NCBI GenBank assembly: GCA_024698505.1
Contig: JAILRE010000003.1
Coordinates: 6,214-70,213 of the forward strand
Source: Clostridiales bacterium
Lineage (GTDB): Bacteria; Bacillota; Clostridia; Christensenellales; CAG-138
Direction: 5' to 3'
Length of the DNA: 64,000 nucleotides
Below the pieces are notes generated by a model. It searched no databases. It was given only the letters and a program-made list of their open reading frames with translations, and was not told where the DNA came from. Of this stretch, positions 35,881 to 45,739 are shown in pieces. The number at the start of each line of letters is the position of its first letter. Within the stretch, counting starts at the first letter, position 1. The translations under genes and the position numbers were made by a program.

Positions 35881-36615
35881 ATGCAGTACGGAAAATTCGC
35901 AGCTCTATACGATAAGCTCATGGCCGACGTCGATTACGGCGCCTGGGCGGATTACGTCGCCAAATTCATAAAGCCCGGTTCTTCGGTGCTCGAATGCGCC
36001 TGCGGCACGGGCGAGATAAGCCTCCGCCTTGCGGCAAAGGGCTATTCCGTGACCGCGACGGACGTTTCGGAGGAGATGCTTGCGGTAGCCGCCGAAAAGC
36101 AGAGGCGCGCCGGCCTTGCCATGAGCTCGCTCCGCTTCGTCAGGATGGATATGCGCAGTCTGTCCGTTCACAAAAAGGTCGACTGCGTGCTTTCCTGCTG
36201 CGACGGAGTCAATTATCTTACGTCGACGGGCGACCTCGAGCGGTTCTTCATGGGCGCGGCTTCCGTATTGAAGCCGGGCGGGCTGCTCCTTTTCGATATC
36301 TCGTCAAGGTATAAGCTCGCCAACGTGCTCGGGAACAACTGCTTTGCCGAAAACGGCATGGACGCCGCCTATATTTGGCGCAACGCGTACGATGAAAAAA
36401 CCAAGCTCGTAGAAATGGAGCTGACTTTCTTCGAAAGAAAGGGCGGGCTCTACGAAAGATTCGACGAGACGCATATCCAAAGGGCTCATTCCGTCAGGGA
36501 GATAGGCTCGCGTCTTGAGCGCGCGGGCTTCTCATACGAGGCATACGCCTGCTTTACGGAGGACGCTCCTTCGGATACGGACGAGAGGATACAGTTCGCA
36601 GCGAGGAAACTATGA
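35881..36615 (+). CDS. Class I SAM-dependent methyltransferase
   Basis: Motif I VLECACGTGEIS. ATG 35863 lies inside the promoter spacer, so ATG 35881 (MQYGKFAALYDKLM) is preferred. Neither ATG has an SD. Confidence 0.8.
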   Translation: MQYGKFAALYDKLMADVDYGAWADYVAKFIKPGSSVLECACGTGEISLRLAAKGYSVTATDVSEEMLAVAAEKQRRAGLAMSSLRFVRMDMRSLSVHKKVDCVLSCCDGVNYLTSTGDLERFFMGAASVLKPGGLLLFDISSRYKLANVLGNNCFAENGMDAAYIWRNAYDEKTKLVEMELTFFERKGGLYERFDETHIQRAHSVREIGSRLERAGFSYEAYACFTEDAPSDTDERIQFAARKL

Positions 36616-37553
36616 ACGAAAACGAAGTTTATGAGGATAAGGTGATAAGGGGCCTCCTTATGGAGGGCTCCGTCAATATGACCGCGATAAGCGGAAGGGG
36701 TCTCGTCGAGGCCGCAAGGCACGCCCACGGGCTTTCCCACGTCTGCACGGCGGCGCTCGGCAGGCTGCTCATGCAGACCGCCATGATGGCGGTGCAGCTT
36801 AAAAACGCCTCCGACAACCTCACCGTCATTCTGGACGGCGACGGCGCGGCGGGCAGATTCGTCGCCGTCGGCCGCGAGGGAGGCAGGGTAAAGGGCTACG
36901 CCGATTTCCCCGAGGTCGAGCTTCCCCTGAAGGAGAACGGCAAGCTCGACGTTTCGGGCGTCGTCGGCAAAAACGGAGAGATCCGCGTAATAAGGGATCT
37001 CTCGCTCAAGGAGCCGTACGTCGGCAGGTGCGCCATTACCGACGGCGAGATAGCCAACGATTTCGCAAACTATTTCGTGGTCAGCGAGCAGCAGCCTTCG
37101 CTCGTCTATCTTGGCGTCAGGGTGGATCCCAAGACCGGCGCCGTGCGGGCGGCTTCTGGCCTTATGCTCCAGCCGCTTCCCTTCTGCCCGGAACGCGATA
37201 TTGCCGCGCTCGAACAGAAGGCGAACGAGATACCCGCTCTCACGAGGATGATAGAGGAGGGCGCCTCGCTTGAGGACGCGCTTATAGAGCTCCTAGGGGA
37301 ACTGCATCCCGAATTCACTGAGAAGACGGCCCCCGTTTTCGCCTGCGACTGCAGCAGGGAAAAGATAGAATCCGCGCTCATCTCGATCGGGCGCGCGGAG
37401 CTTGCCGATATGATAGAAAAGGACGGCGGAGCCGAGCTCACCTGCAGGTTCTGCAATAAGAAATACGCTTTCTCGCGGGAGGAGCTGGAGGCTCTGCTTG
37501 CGGAAGCCGAAGCAAGGGAAAACGATGCAGAAGACGACGGACAAGGGGAATAA
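36612..37553 (+). CDS. hslO: Hsp33 family redox-regulated chaperone
   Basis: 313 aa. C-terminal Zn centre CDCS...CRFC. The start overlaps the upstream stop (ATGA). Confidence 0.9.
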   Translation: MNENEVYEDKVIRGLLMEGSVNMTAISGRGLVEAARHAHGLSHVCTAALGRLLMQTAMMAVQLKNASDNLTVILDGDGAAGRFVAVGREGGRVKGYADFPEVELPLKENGKLDVSGVVGKNGEIRVIRDLSLKEPYVGRCAITDGEIANDFANYFVVSEQQPSLVYLGVRVDPKTGAVRAASGLMLQPLPFCPERDIAALEQKANEIPALTRMIEEGASLEDALIELLGELHPEFTEKTAPVFACDCSREKIESALISIGRAELADMIEKDGGAELTCRFCNKKYAFSREELEALLAEAEARENDAEDDGQGE

Positions 37554-39288
37554 GAACGGAAAGATACTGAACTTTACGCTCGAGCCCTCCATCTACGCGA
37601 AGAGGGGGGACGCCAAGCGCGCGCAGAACGATCCTGTGAGCGCTCTTTCCCTTTACAACGACGCGCTGAATCTCGATCCGCACGACCTCGATACGAGGCT
37701 TTCCGCCGCCGAACTGCTCACCGATATGTCAAGGTTCAACGATTCGAACCGTATGCTCATCCCCTATATGCACGAGGATCCGGATTTTTGCAAGGATTCC
37801 TACTGCATGGTGGGCTTCAACCTCATGGGCATGGGCGAATTCGAGGGCGCGAGGAGCTGCTTCAACAGGTTCCTCGACATGACGGACGAGGTCTCCGAGA
37901 GGACGGACGCCATGCTCGACGCGCTCGATTTCATCGACTCGCTGGATGAGGAACCGCCCCTCGTCACCGACGCAGTGCTCAAAAAACACGACGAGAAGGT
38001 CCAAGAGGCGCACGCCGCGTTCGACAGGGGCGAATACGGCAGATCCGCCGCGTTGCTCAGGGAGCTTGTAAAAGCCGACCCCGACAACAAGAAACTGCTT
38101 TACGATCTCGCTCTTTCGTGCCTGTGCAGCCACGAGCACGAGGAGGGCGCCGAACATATCGACAGGCTGCTGAGGATCGATCCCGGCAACTGGCCCGCAT
38201 GGAGCCTCAAGCTCATGTACGCCAAGGCCCAGAACAACGAGATAGAGATAGGCCGCATCTGCCGCGAGCTTGAAAAATGCGATACCGAACAGCCCGACGA
38301 GCTGCTCAGGATCAACGGCGCGCTCATGGAGGCCGACTGCACGGAGCTCGCCTCTGTATTCGCAAAGAGGCTCGTAAGGCTCATGCCTTACGATACGCTC
38401 GCTAATCACAGGCTCGCCATATGCCACGTCAGGAAGCGCGAATACGCGAAGGCAGCCGAGATCTACGGAAAGCTTTTAAGGATCGACAGGAACGACTGCA
38501 TAGCCAAGTTCTACCGCGCCGAATGCCTCGAGGCGGAGCGCGATCCCAAATCAGCGCTTTCAAAGCGCAAGCCCATGATACAGTATCAGCTCCCGTTCGA
38601 CATGATAATCGCGAGAGCCAAGGAGCTGCTCGACAGCAAGACCTCCTCCGCGGAGCAGCTCGCCGCAAAGTGGCGCGAGGACGAGGATCTGCGCGAAACG
38701 GTAAGATGGGCGTTCACCCTGCATGAATTCAATATCACCCACGCCATGATGAACCTGCTTCGCGTCGTCGGAGGAGACGAGGCCGAGCATCTTATCAGGG
38801 AGACCATGGCGGATATCGACGCGGGCCGTTCCGTGGTAAACGAGGGAATGGGCATACTCAAACGCATGGAGGCGGAGGAGCCGTACTTTGCCATGCTTGA
38901 AGGCAGCCTGCTCGAGGGAAAGGTCAACATAATCGACATGTCGAATATCCGCATACCCAAGCAGTACTGCGATATCTTCCCCAGGTTCCACGAAAAGGCC
39001 GCGAACCTTTACAGCGCCGAGATAATCAACACCGCGGCGGGAATAGTGGAAAGGTTCATCGCGAATACCGGCGGCGTATTCCCCAAGCTCACGGACAGGC
39101 AGTCCGAGGCGCTCTCCGCGGCGGTGGAATACCTTGCGTGCGACCAGTGCGGCGCCATTGCGAGCGATGACGTATTCGAAAGATACGGCGTCACCAGAAA
39201 GCGCCTAATGAACGCCATAGAGAGGATAGTCAGGACGGTCGTGACCGGCCAGCAGAGCAGCATCCCGCCGAAAGGAGACCCGGAATGA
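37525..39288 (+). CDS. TPR repeat protein
   Basis: About 587 aa from ATG 37525. Multiple 34-residue TPR-like helical repeats. Overlaps the hslO 3' end. Confidence 0.7.
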   Translation: MQKTTDKGNKNGKILNFTLEPSIYAKRGDAKRAQNDPVSALSLYNDALNLDPHDLDTRLSAAELLTDMSRFNDSNRMLIPYMHEDPDFCKDSYCMVGFNLMGMGEFEGARSCFNRFLDMTDEVSERTDAMLDALDFIDSLDEEPPLVTDAVLKKHDEKVQEAHAAFDRGEYGRSAALLRELVKADPDNKKLLYDLALSCLCSHEHEEGAEHIDRLLRIDPGNWPAWSLKLMYAKAQNNEIEIGRICRELEKCDTEQPDELLRINGALMEADCTELASVFAKRLVRLMPYDTLANHRLAICHVRKREYAKAAEIYGKLLRIDRNDCIAKFYRAECLEAERDPKSALSKRKPMIQYQLPFDMIIARAKELLDSKTSSAEQLAAKWREDEDLRETVRWAFTLHEFNITHAMMNLLRVVGGDEAEHLIRETMADIDAGRSVVNEGMGILKRMEAEEPYFAMLEGSLLEGKVNIIDMSNIRIPKQYCDIFPRFHEKAANLYSAEIINTAAGIVERFIANTGGVFPKLTDRQSEALSAAVEYLACDQCGAIASDDVFERYGVTRKRLMNAIERIVRTVVTGQQSSIPPKGDPE

Positions 39289-40406
39289 GATTCATCGCGA
39301 CCTGCAAAATGGGGCTCGAGGCGCTCGTTGCGAACGAGCTTCGCGCCCTCGATATCGGGATAGAATCCGTCAGCGACGCGAAGGTCGTATTCACGGGCGG
39401 CTACTTTGAAATGGCAAGGGCCTGCCTTTGGCTGAGAACGGCGGAGCGCGTGCTTATGATAGTCGGGGAATTCCATGCCGAGACCTTCGAAGAGCTCTTC
39501 TCGGGCGTCCGCGCGATAAGGTGGAAGGACTATATCGGCAAAAACGATTTCATACACGTAAACGGCAAGTCCGCAAAGAGCAAGCTTTTCGCCGTTTCCG
39601 ACTGCCAGAGCATCACCAAAAAGGCGATAGTCGATTCCCTCTTCGAGGCGTACCGCACGAACTCCCTTCCCGAAAACGGGGACGAGATTATAATAGAGGT
39701 CGGTCTGCTTCGCGACGAGGTCACCGTCGCGCTCGACTGCTGCGGCGCGGGCCTTTCAAGGCGCGGCTACAGGACCTGGAACGTCGCCGCCCCGATCGCC
39801 GAAACGCTCGGCGCGGCCATGATCGAGCTTGCGAGATACAACGGGGATATCGCGCTCGTCGATCCCATGTGCGGCTCGGGCACTATGCCGATCGAGGCCG
39901 CCATGATAGCGAGGAATATGGCCGTCGGCATGAACCGAAGCTTCGCCGCCGAGAAATGGGCTTTCATGGAAGGCAGCCCCTTCGAGCTTGCCAGGGAGCA
40001 GGCGAGGGACGCGGTCGTGGATATCGTTCCCGAGATCACGGGCTCCGATATAGATCCCCACGCGATAGAGGTCTGCAAAAAGCACGCCAAGAAGGCGGGT
40101 GTGACCGTAAAATGGTTAGTCCGCCCGTTGAGCGAGCTTGCCGTCCCGCGGGAGAGCGGCATTATCGTCTGCAATCCTCCATACGGCGAAAGGCTCATGG
40201 AGAAGCGCGACGCCGAAAAGCTCTACCGCCAGATGCGCGAAGTGTTCGCTCCCCTTACGCATTGGGACGTGAACGTGATCACCTCCCATAAGGATTTCGA
40301 GCGCATCTACGGCGAAAAGGCGGATAAGCGCAGGAAGCTCTCCAACGGGGGCATGACCTGCACGCTCTACCGCTATTTCGCCAAAGAGGGCTTCATCAGG
40401 CAGTGA
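39285..40406 (+). CDS. THUMP domain class I SAM-dependent RNA methyltransferase
   Basis: 373 aa with an N-terminal THUMP-like region. Motifs DPMCGSGT and NPPYGERL. The start overlaps the upstream stop (ATGA). Confidence 0.85.
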   Translation: MRFIATCKMGLEALVANELRALDIGIESVSDAKVVFTGGYFEMARACLWLRTAERVLMIVGEFHAETFEELFSGVRAIRWKDYIGKNDFIHVNGKSAKSKLFAVSDCQSITKKAIVDSLFEAYRTNSLPENGDEIIIEVGLLRDEVTVALDCCGAGLSRRGYRTWNVAAPIAETLGAAMIELARYNGDIALVDPMCGSGTMPIEAAMIARNMAVGMNRSFAAEKWAFMEGSPFELAREQARDAVVDIVPEITGSDIDPHAIEVCKKHAKKAGVTVKWLVRPLSELAVPRESGIIVCNPPYGERLMEKRDAEKLYRQMREVFAPLTHWDVNVITSHKDFERIYGEKADKRRKLSNGGMTCTLYRYFAKEGFIRQ

Positions 40407-40688
40407 TCAAAGCCTGCCGATTATCTCATACAGCTTTTTCTTCTGCTGATCGTTCAGCATGGGCAGTATGGCGTTCACGCCCTTTTTGAGCGATTCGCCG
40501 TCGAACCGGCCCTCGGCCTTCTGCCTTGCGGTCGCCGAAATAAGCTCCTGCATGAGCTCGTTTTCGCTCATGCCGGAGTATTCGTTTATTAGGGTGTTTA
40601 CGTCCGCGCGGGAATTGAATTCGTCCCTGTTGGCGTTTTTGCTTTCGGCGGACTCCGTTTTAAGGCTTTCTCTCAGACTCTTCTTCAT
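40407..40688 (-). CDS. Hypothetical small protein (93 aa)
   Basis: ATG 40688 follows GGAGG. Charged, helical-looking sequence with no recognised motif. Its stop abuts the stop of the convergent THUMP gene. Confidence 0.5.
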   Translation of the reverse strand: MKKSLRESLKTESAESKNANRDEFNSRADVNTLINEYSGMSENELMQELISATARQKAEGRFDGESLKKGVNAILPMLNDQQKKKLYEIIGRL

Positions 40689-40779
40689 ACGCGCCTCCTG
40701 ACCGTATAATCTATTCGCCGCCCGCACGATTAGTTCCGCGGCTGAATATTATATGGCAGAAAAACGGAGGTGCAGTCCC

Positions 40780-41196
40780 ATGCAGCGCACAGGAACAGGC
40801 AGACCGGGCGTTACCGGGGAAGGAACCGGCGGGGAGGCTTCGCCCCTTTTGAGGCTCGCCCGCCGCATACGCGAGGAGCAGGGCGCGGAGCGCGTAAGGG
40901 AATTCCTTGCCGCCATGATGCCCTTTGCCGCCCCCGGGGAGATACGGCATATCTCCGAGGGGTTCGGCATCCCGTTCGAGAGCGTGGAAAACGCGGGCCG
41001 AAGAAGGAACAATAACCGGAACGGCCAAAGCGCGGAGGAGAGGCTGAGCCTTGACGATCGTCCGCAGCGGGCCTCCCAAAGCGATCAGGGCATGAATATG
41101 CTGAGAACTCTCATGCAGCTGAAGGGCTTAATGAACGGAGCGCCCGATCCGAGGACGCTCATGGAGCTCATGGGGAGCATGAACAGGAAGTCTTAG
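40780..41196 (+). CDS. Hypothetical small protein (138 aa), Met-rich C-terminus
   Basis: ATG 40780 lies 9 nt after GGAGG (40766-40770). Codon usage looks like neighbouring genes. No recognised motif. Competes with an antisense ORF at 40711-41079. Confidence 0.45.
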   Translation: MQRTGTGRPGVTGEGTGGEASPLLRLARRIREEQGAERVREFLAAMMPFAAPGEIRHISEGFGIPFESVENAGRRRNNNRNGQSAEERLSLDDRPQRASQSDQGMNMLRTLMQLKGLMNGAPDPRTLMELMGSMNRKS

Positions 41197-41270
41197 CCCG
41201 CAATTCATTGTGGACAAATCACGCGAATTATGATAGATTAAAGCATATAAAAACGAAGGACGCGAGTTGT

Positions 41271-43168
<1,898 letters not shown>

Positions 43169-43181
43169 TGAAAAAAGCTTT

Positions 43182-43994
43182 TCAGCCGGAGGTTTTTCCT
43201 CCGGCCTTTATTGTTTTTGAAGCGAAGAATACCGCCGCGAGGCCGAGACAAACGGAAGAGGTCAGCCTGAAATAGAGGGGGTACCTCGTAAAGAACGAGA
43301 GCGCCATGAGAGCTGCCCCGACTGCGGCGTACTTTGCGGCTCTGCCGCCCCGGAGCCCGAAGCGCGAGATATCGAATCCCGGCTTTTTAACGAGAGCGCC
43401 GTATTCGGCGGCAAGCTCCGAATCCGTTTCCTCCTCCGATACGGGTATGAGTTCTTTCAGCTCTTCGCCGAAGTATTCCGCGGGCGTAACGATATTCAGC
43501 TTTTCTCCGAGCGAAGCCGCGAGCGACCTTGCCCGCTTCGTTGGCTCCGCGGCGGTCAGCACGGTGAGCGGCAGACCTCGCTCCCGAACTGCCTCAAGCA
43601 AATCGTCCGCCGTGAGCTCGTCCGCTTTGGGGATCAGAAAAACGTCGCTGCCCGCCTTCGCTCGCAAAAGGGAGGGATCTAGCGTCAGCCTGCGCTCCCG
43701 TACGGCGTTTTCGGCGCTTAGCCTCAGCTTTCTTTCGTGCCTCTTCAGCCTTTCGCGGTCGATCCCGAGCTTGGAAACGAGCAGCATCCCGCAGGAAAAA
43801 GCCGCGAAAACCGCCGCGGCTTCACGACTTTTAAGCCTTCCCGCCGCGCAAAGATACAGTATCAGAAATGTTGCCGCAAGCATGAAAACGGAATCGAAAT
43901 AATAGGCGGGGGCGCGTCTGCCGCCGCGGAAGGTTATAAGTATCATTCTTTTGACACGGCTTTTCTCGTCCGTATTTCTATTAAAAAAGGCCAT
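43182..43994 (-). CDS. Hypothetical membrane protein (TM pairs at both ends, soluble central domain)
   Basis: 270 aa. Two N-terminal and two C-terminal hydrophobic segments flank a roughly 130-aa charged domain. No motif recognised with confidence. Confidence 0.6.
   Translation of the reverse strand: MAFFNRNTDEKSRVKRMILITFRGGRRAPAYYFDSVFMLAATFLILYLCAAGRLKSREAAAVFAAFSCGMLLVSKLGIDRERLKRHERKLRLSAENAVRERRLTLDPSLLRAKAGSDVFLIPKADELTADDLLEAVRERGLPLTVLTAAEPTKRARSLAASLGEKLNIVTPAEYFGEELKELIPVSEEETDSELAAEYGALVKKPGFDISRFGLRGGRAAKYAAVGAALMALSFFTRYPLYFRLTSSVCLGLAAVFFASKTIKAGGKTSG
43185..43218. terminator. Shared terminator for obg (+) and the convergent membrane-protein gene (-)
   Basis: 8-bp stem GCCGGAGG/CCTCCGGC with loop TTTTT, followed by a T-rich tract. 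The stem lies inside the last codons of ORF 43182-43994. Confidence 0.7.
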
Positions 43995-44026
43995 AATTAT
44001 TTTCTCTCCTATTTTCCGGATAGCTA

Positions 44027-44055
44027 TTCACAAAACGGAAAAAATGTTGTATAAT
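44027..44055 (+). promoter_or_regulatory. Sigma-A-type promoter ending 8 nt before the nadD ATG
   Basis: TTCACA(44027-44032)-17 nt-TATAAT(44050-44055). Confidence 0.55.
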
Positions 44056-44063
44056 CTTTTATT

Positions 44064-45278
44064 ATGAAGATAGGTATATTCGGCGGAACGTATGACCCTG
44101 TGCATCTGGGCCATATCTGGACGGCGCGCTCCGTGAAGGACGAGCTCGAGCTCAACAAGCTTTTCATGGTGGTCGCCGCCGATCCGCCCCACAAACCGAA
44201 TAACGACAGGACTCCGGGCGCGATAAGGTACCGCATGCTCGATCAGGCCCTCAAAAACGAGGAAAGGATATTCCCTTCGGACGTTGAGCTGAAGCGCGAG
44301 GGCAAGAGCTATACGGTCGATACGGTGGCCCATTACAAGAGCCAGTACAGGGGAGCGGAGCTCTTTCTCGTCGTCGGCGGAGATATGCTCGAGAACTTCC
44401 CCCAGTGGAGGGAGCCCGCGAGGATACTCTCCATGGCGAAGCTCGTCGCCGTCTCAAGGCCGGACGAGGCGAGGGATATGCGCGCCCTTGCGGACAGCAT
44501 AGAGGCGCAGTTCGGCGGCAGGGTGATAATATCCGAGTTCACCGGGCCGGACATCTCCTCGACCGAGGTCAGGCGCAGGATGAGGGACGCAGAGCCCGTC
44601 GATCTGCTCGTCACGAGAGAGATCGAGCATTACATGTACAGGAACGCCCTCTACATGCCGGAGCGCATCTCGGCGATCAAGTCGAGGCTTGCGGCCGTTC
44701 TCAACAAGAAACGCCTCAATCATACCATGCTGACCGTGCTGGAGGCCGTAAAGCTCGCCTACTGCTACAGCGTGGATACCGAAAAGGCGAGGCTCGCCGC
44801 GCTCCTGCACGACTGCATAAAACTCCCCAACAAGGAACTCATCCGCTACTGCGACGAGCATTGCTACGACATAACGGAGGAGGAGCGCAGGAACCCCTAC
44901 CTGATCCACGCAAGGCTCGGCGCGGTGCTCGCGATGGAGGAATACGGCGTTACCGACGCGGAGGTTTTGCAGGCGATAAAGAATCACACGCTCGGGCGCG
45001 TGGGAATGAGCACGCTGGATAAAATAATCTACGTGGCCGACAAGATCGAGCCCTCGCGCGATTTCGACGGAGTGGACGAGATAAGGGAGGTCGCCTACCG
45101 CGATATAAACGAGGCTATGCTCCTCGTCATGAAGCATTCCGCGGATTACACGGTCAAGAACGGGCGCGCGATTAACCCCTCCACTCAGGCGGTGATGGAT
45201 TTCCTCGAGCAGGAGATGGAGAGGGAGAAAAACGGCGTCTTCGCCGCGCAGGAAGATTATCTTTCCGATCGGCTTTAA
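44064..45278 (+). CDS. nadD: Fusion protein: nicotinate-nucleotide adenylyltransferase (NadD) plus a YqeK-type HD-domain hydrolase
   Basis: 404 aa in one frame. N-terminal half MKIGIFGGTYDPVHLGHI (the (H/T)xGH motif). C-terminal half has HD-domain motifs LNHTM...AALLHDC...YVADKIEP as in YqeK. Confidence 0.85.
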   Translation: MKIGIFGGTYDPVHLGHIWTARSVKDELELNKLFMVVAADPPHKPNNDRTPGAIRYRMLDQALKNEERIFPSDVELKREGKSYTVDTVAHYKSQYRGAELFLVVGGDMLENFPQWREPARILSMAKLVAVSRPDEARDMRALADSIEAQFGGRVIISEFTGPDISSTEVRRRMRDAEPVDLLVTREIEHYMYRNALYMPERISAIKSRLAAVLNKKRLNHTMLTVLEAVKLAYCYSVDTEKARLAALLHDCIKLPNKELIRYCDEHCYDITEEERRNPYLIHARLGAVLAMEEYGVTDAEVLQAIKNHTLGRVGMSTLDKIIYVADKIEPSRDFDGVDEIREVAYRDINEAMLLVMKHSADYTVKNGRAINPSTQAVMDFLEQEMEREKNGVFAAQEDYLSDRL

Positions 45279-45325
45279 TTCAAAAACAAAACGAAAGGAA
45301 GCCCCGAACGGGGCGAAGGAACAGA

Positions 45326-45724
45326 ATGGAAAACGAGATCTTCCCCAACGAGATAGAGCTTCGCATCAGGGCGGAGGAGAAGGAACAGGTCATAAAGCTC
45401 CTCGGCATACTCGAGGGAAAGAAGGCTTCCGACATAATCGCGATCGACGTGGCGGATAAGACCATCGTAGCCGATTGGTTCGTCATCTGCAGCGGCTCGT
45501 CCGTAATACAGGTAAAGGCCATCTGCGACGAGGTGCTTGAAAAGTACCCCGAGACCGGCCTGCATCTGAGGAGGAAGGAAGGCTATACCGAGGGCCGCTG
45601 GATAGTTCTGGACTTCGGTTACGTGCTCCTGCACATCTTCTATCCCGAGGAGAGGGACTATTACAACATCGAAAGGCTCTGGACGGACGGCTCCGCCGAG
45701 GTGATCCGTCCTTCGGAGAACTGA
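45326..45724 (+). CDS. rsfS: Ribosome silencing factor
   Basis: 132 aa. ASDIIAIDV...ADWFVICSGSSVIQVKAI is typical of the RsfS/iojap family. Confidence 0.9.
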   Translation: MENEIFPNEIELRIRAEEKEQVIKLLGILEGKKASDIIAIDVADKTIVADWFVICSGSSVIQVKAICDEVLEKYPETGLHLRRKEGYTEGRWIVLDFGYVLLHIFYPEERDYYNIERLWTDGSAEVIRPSEN

Positions 45725-45739
45725 TCATAACAGGATAAC

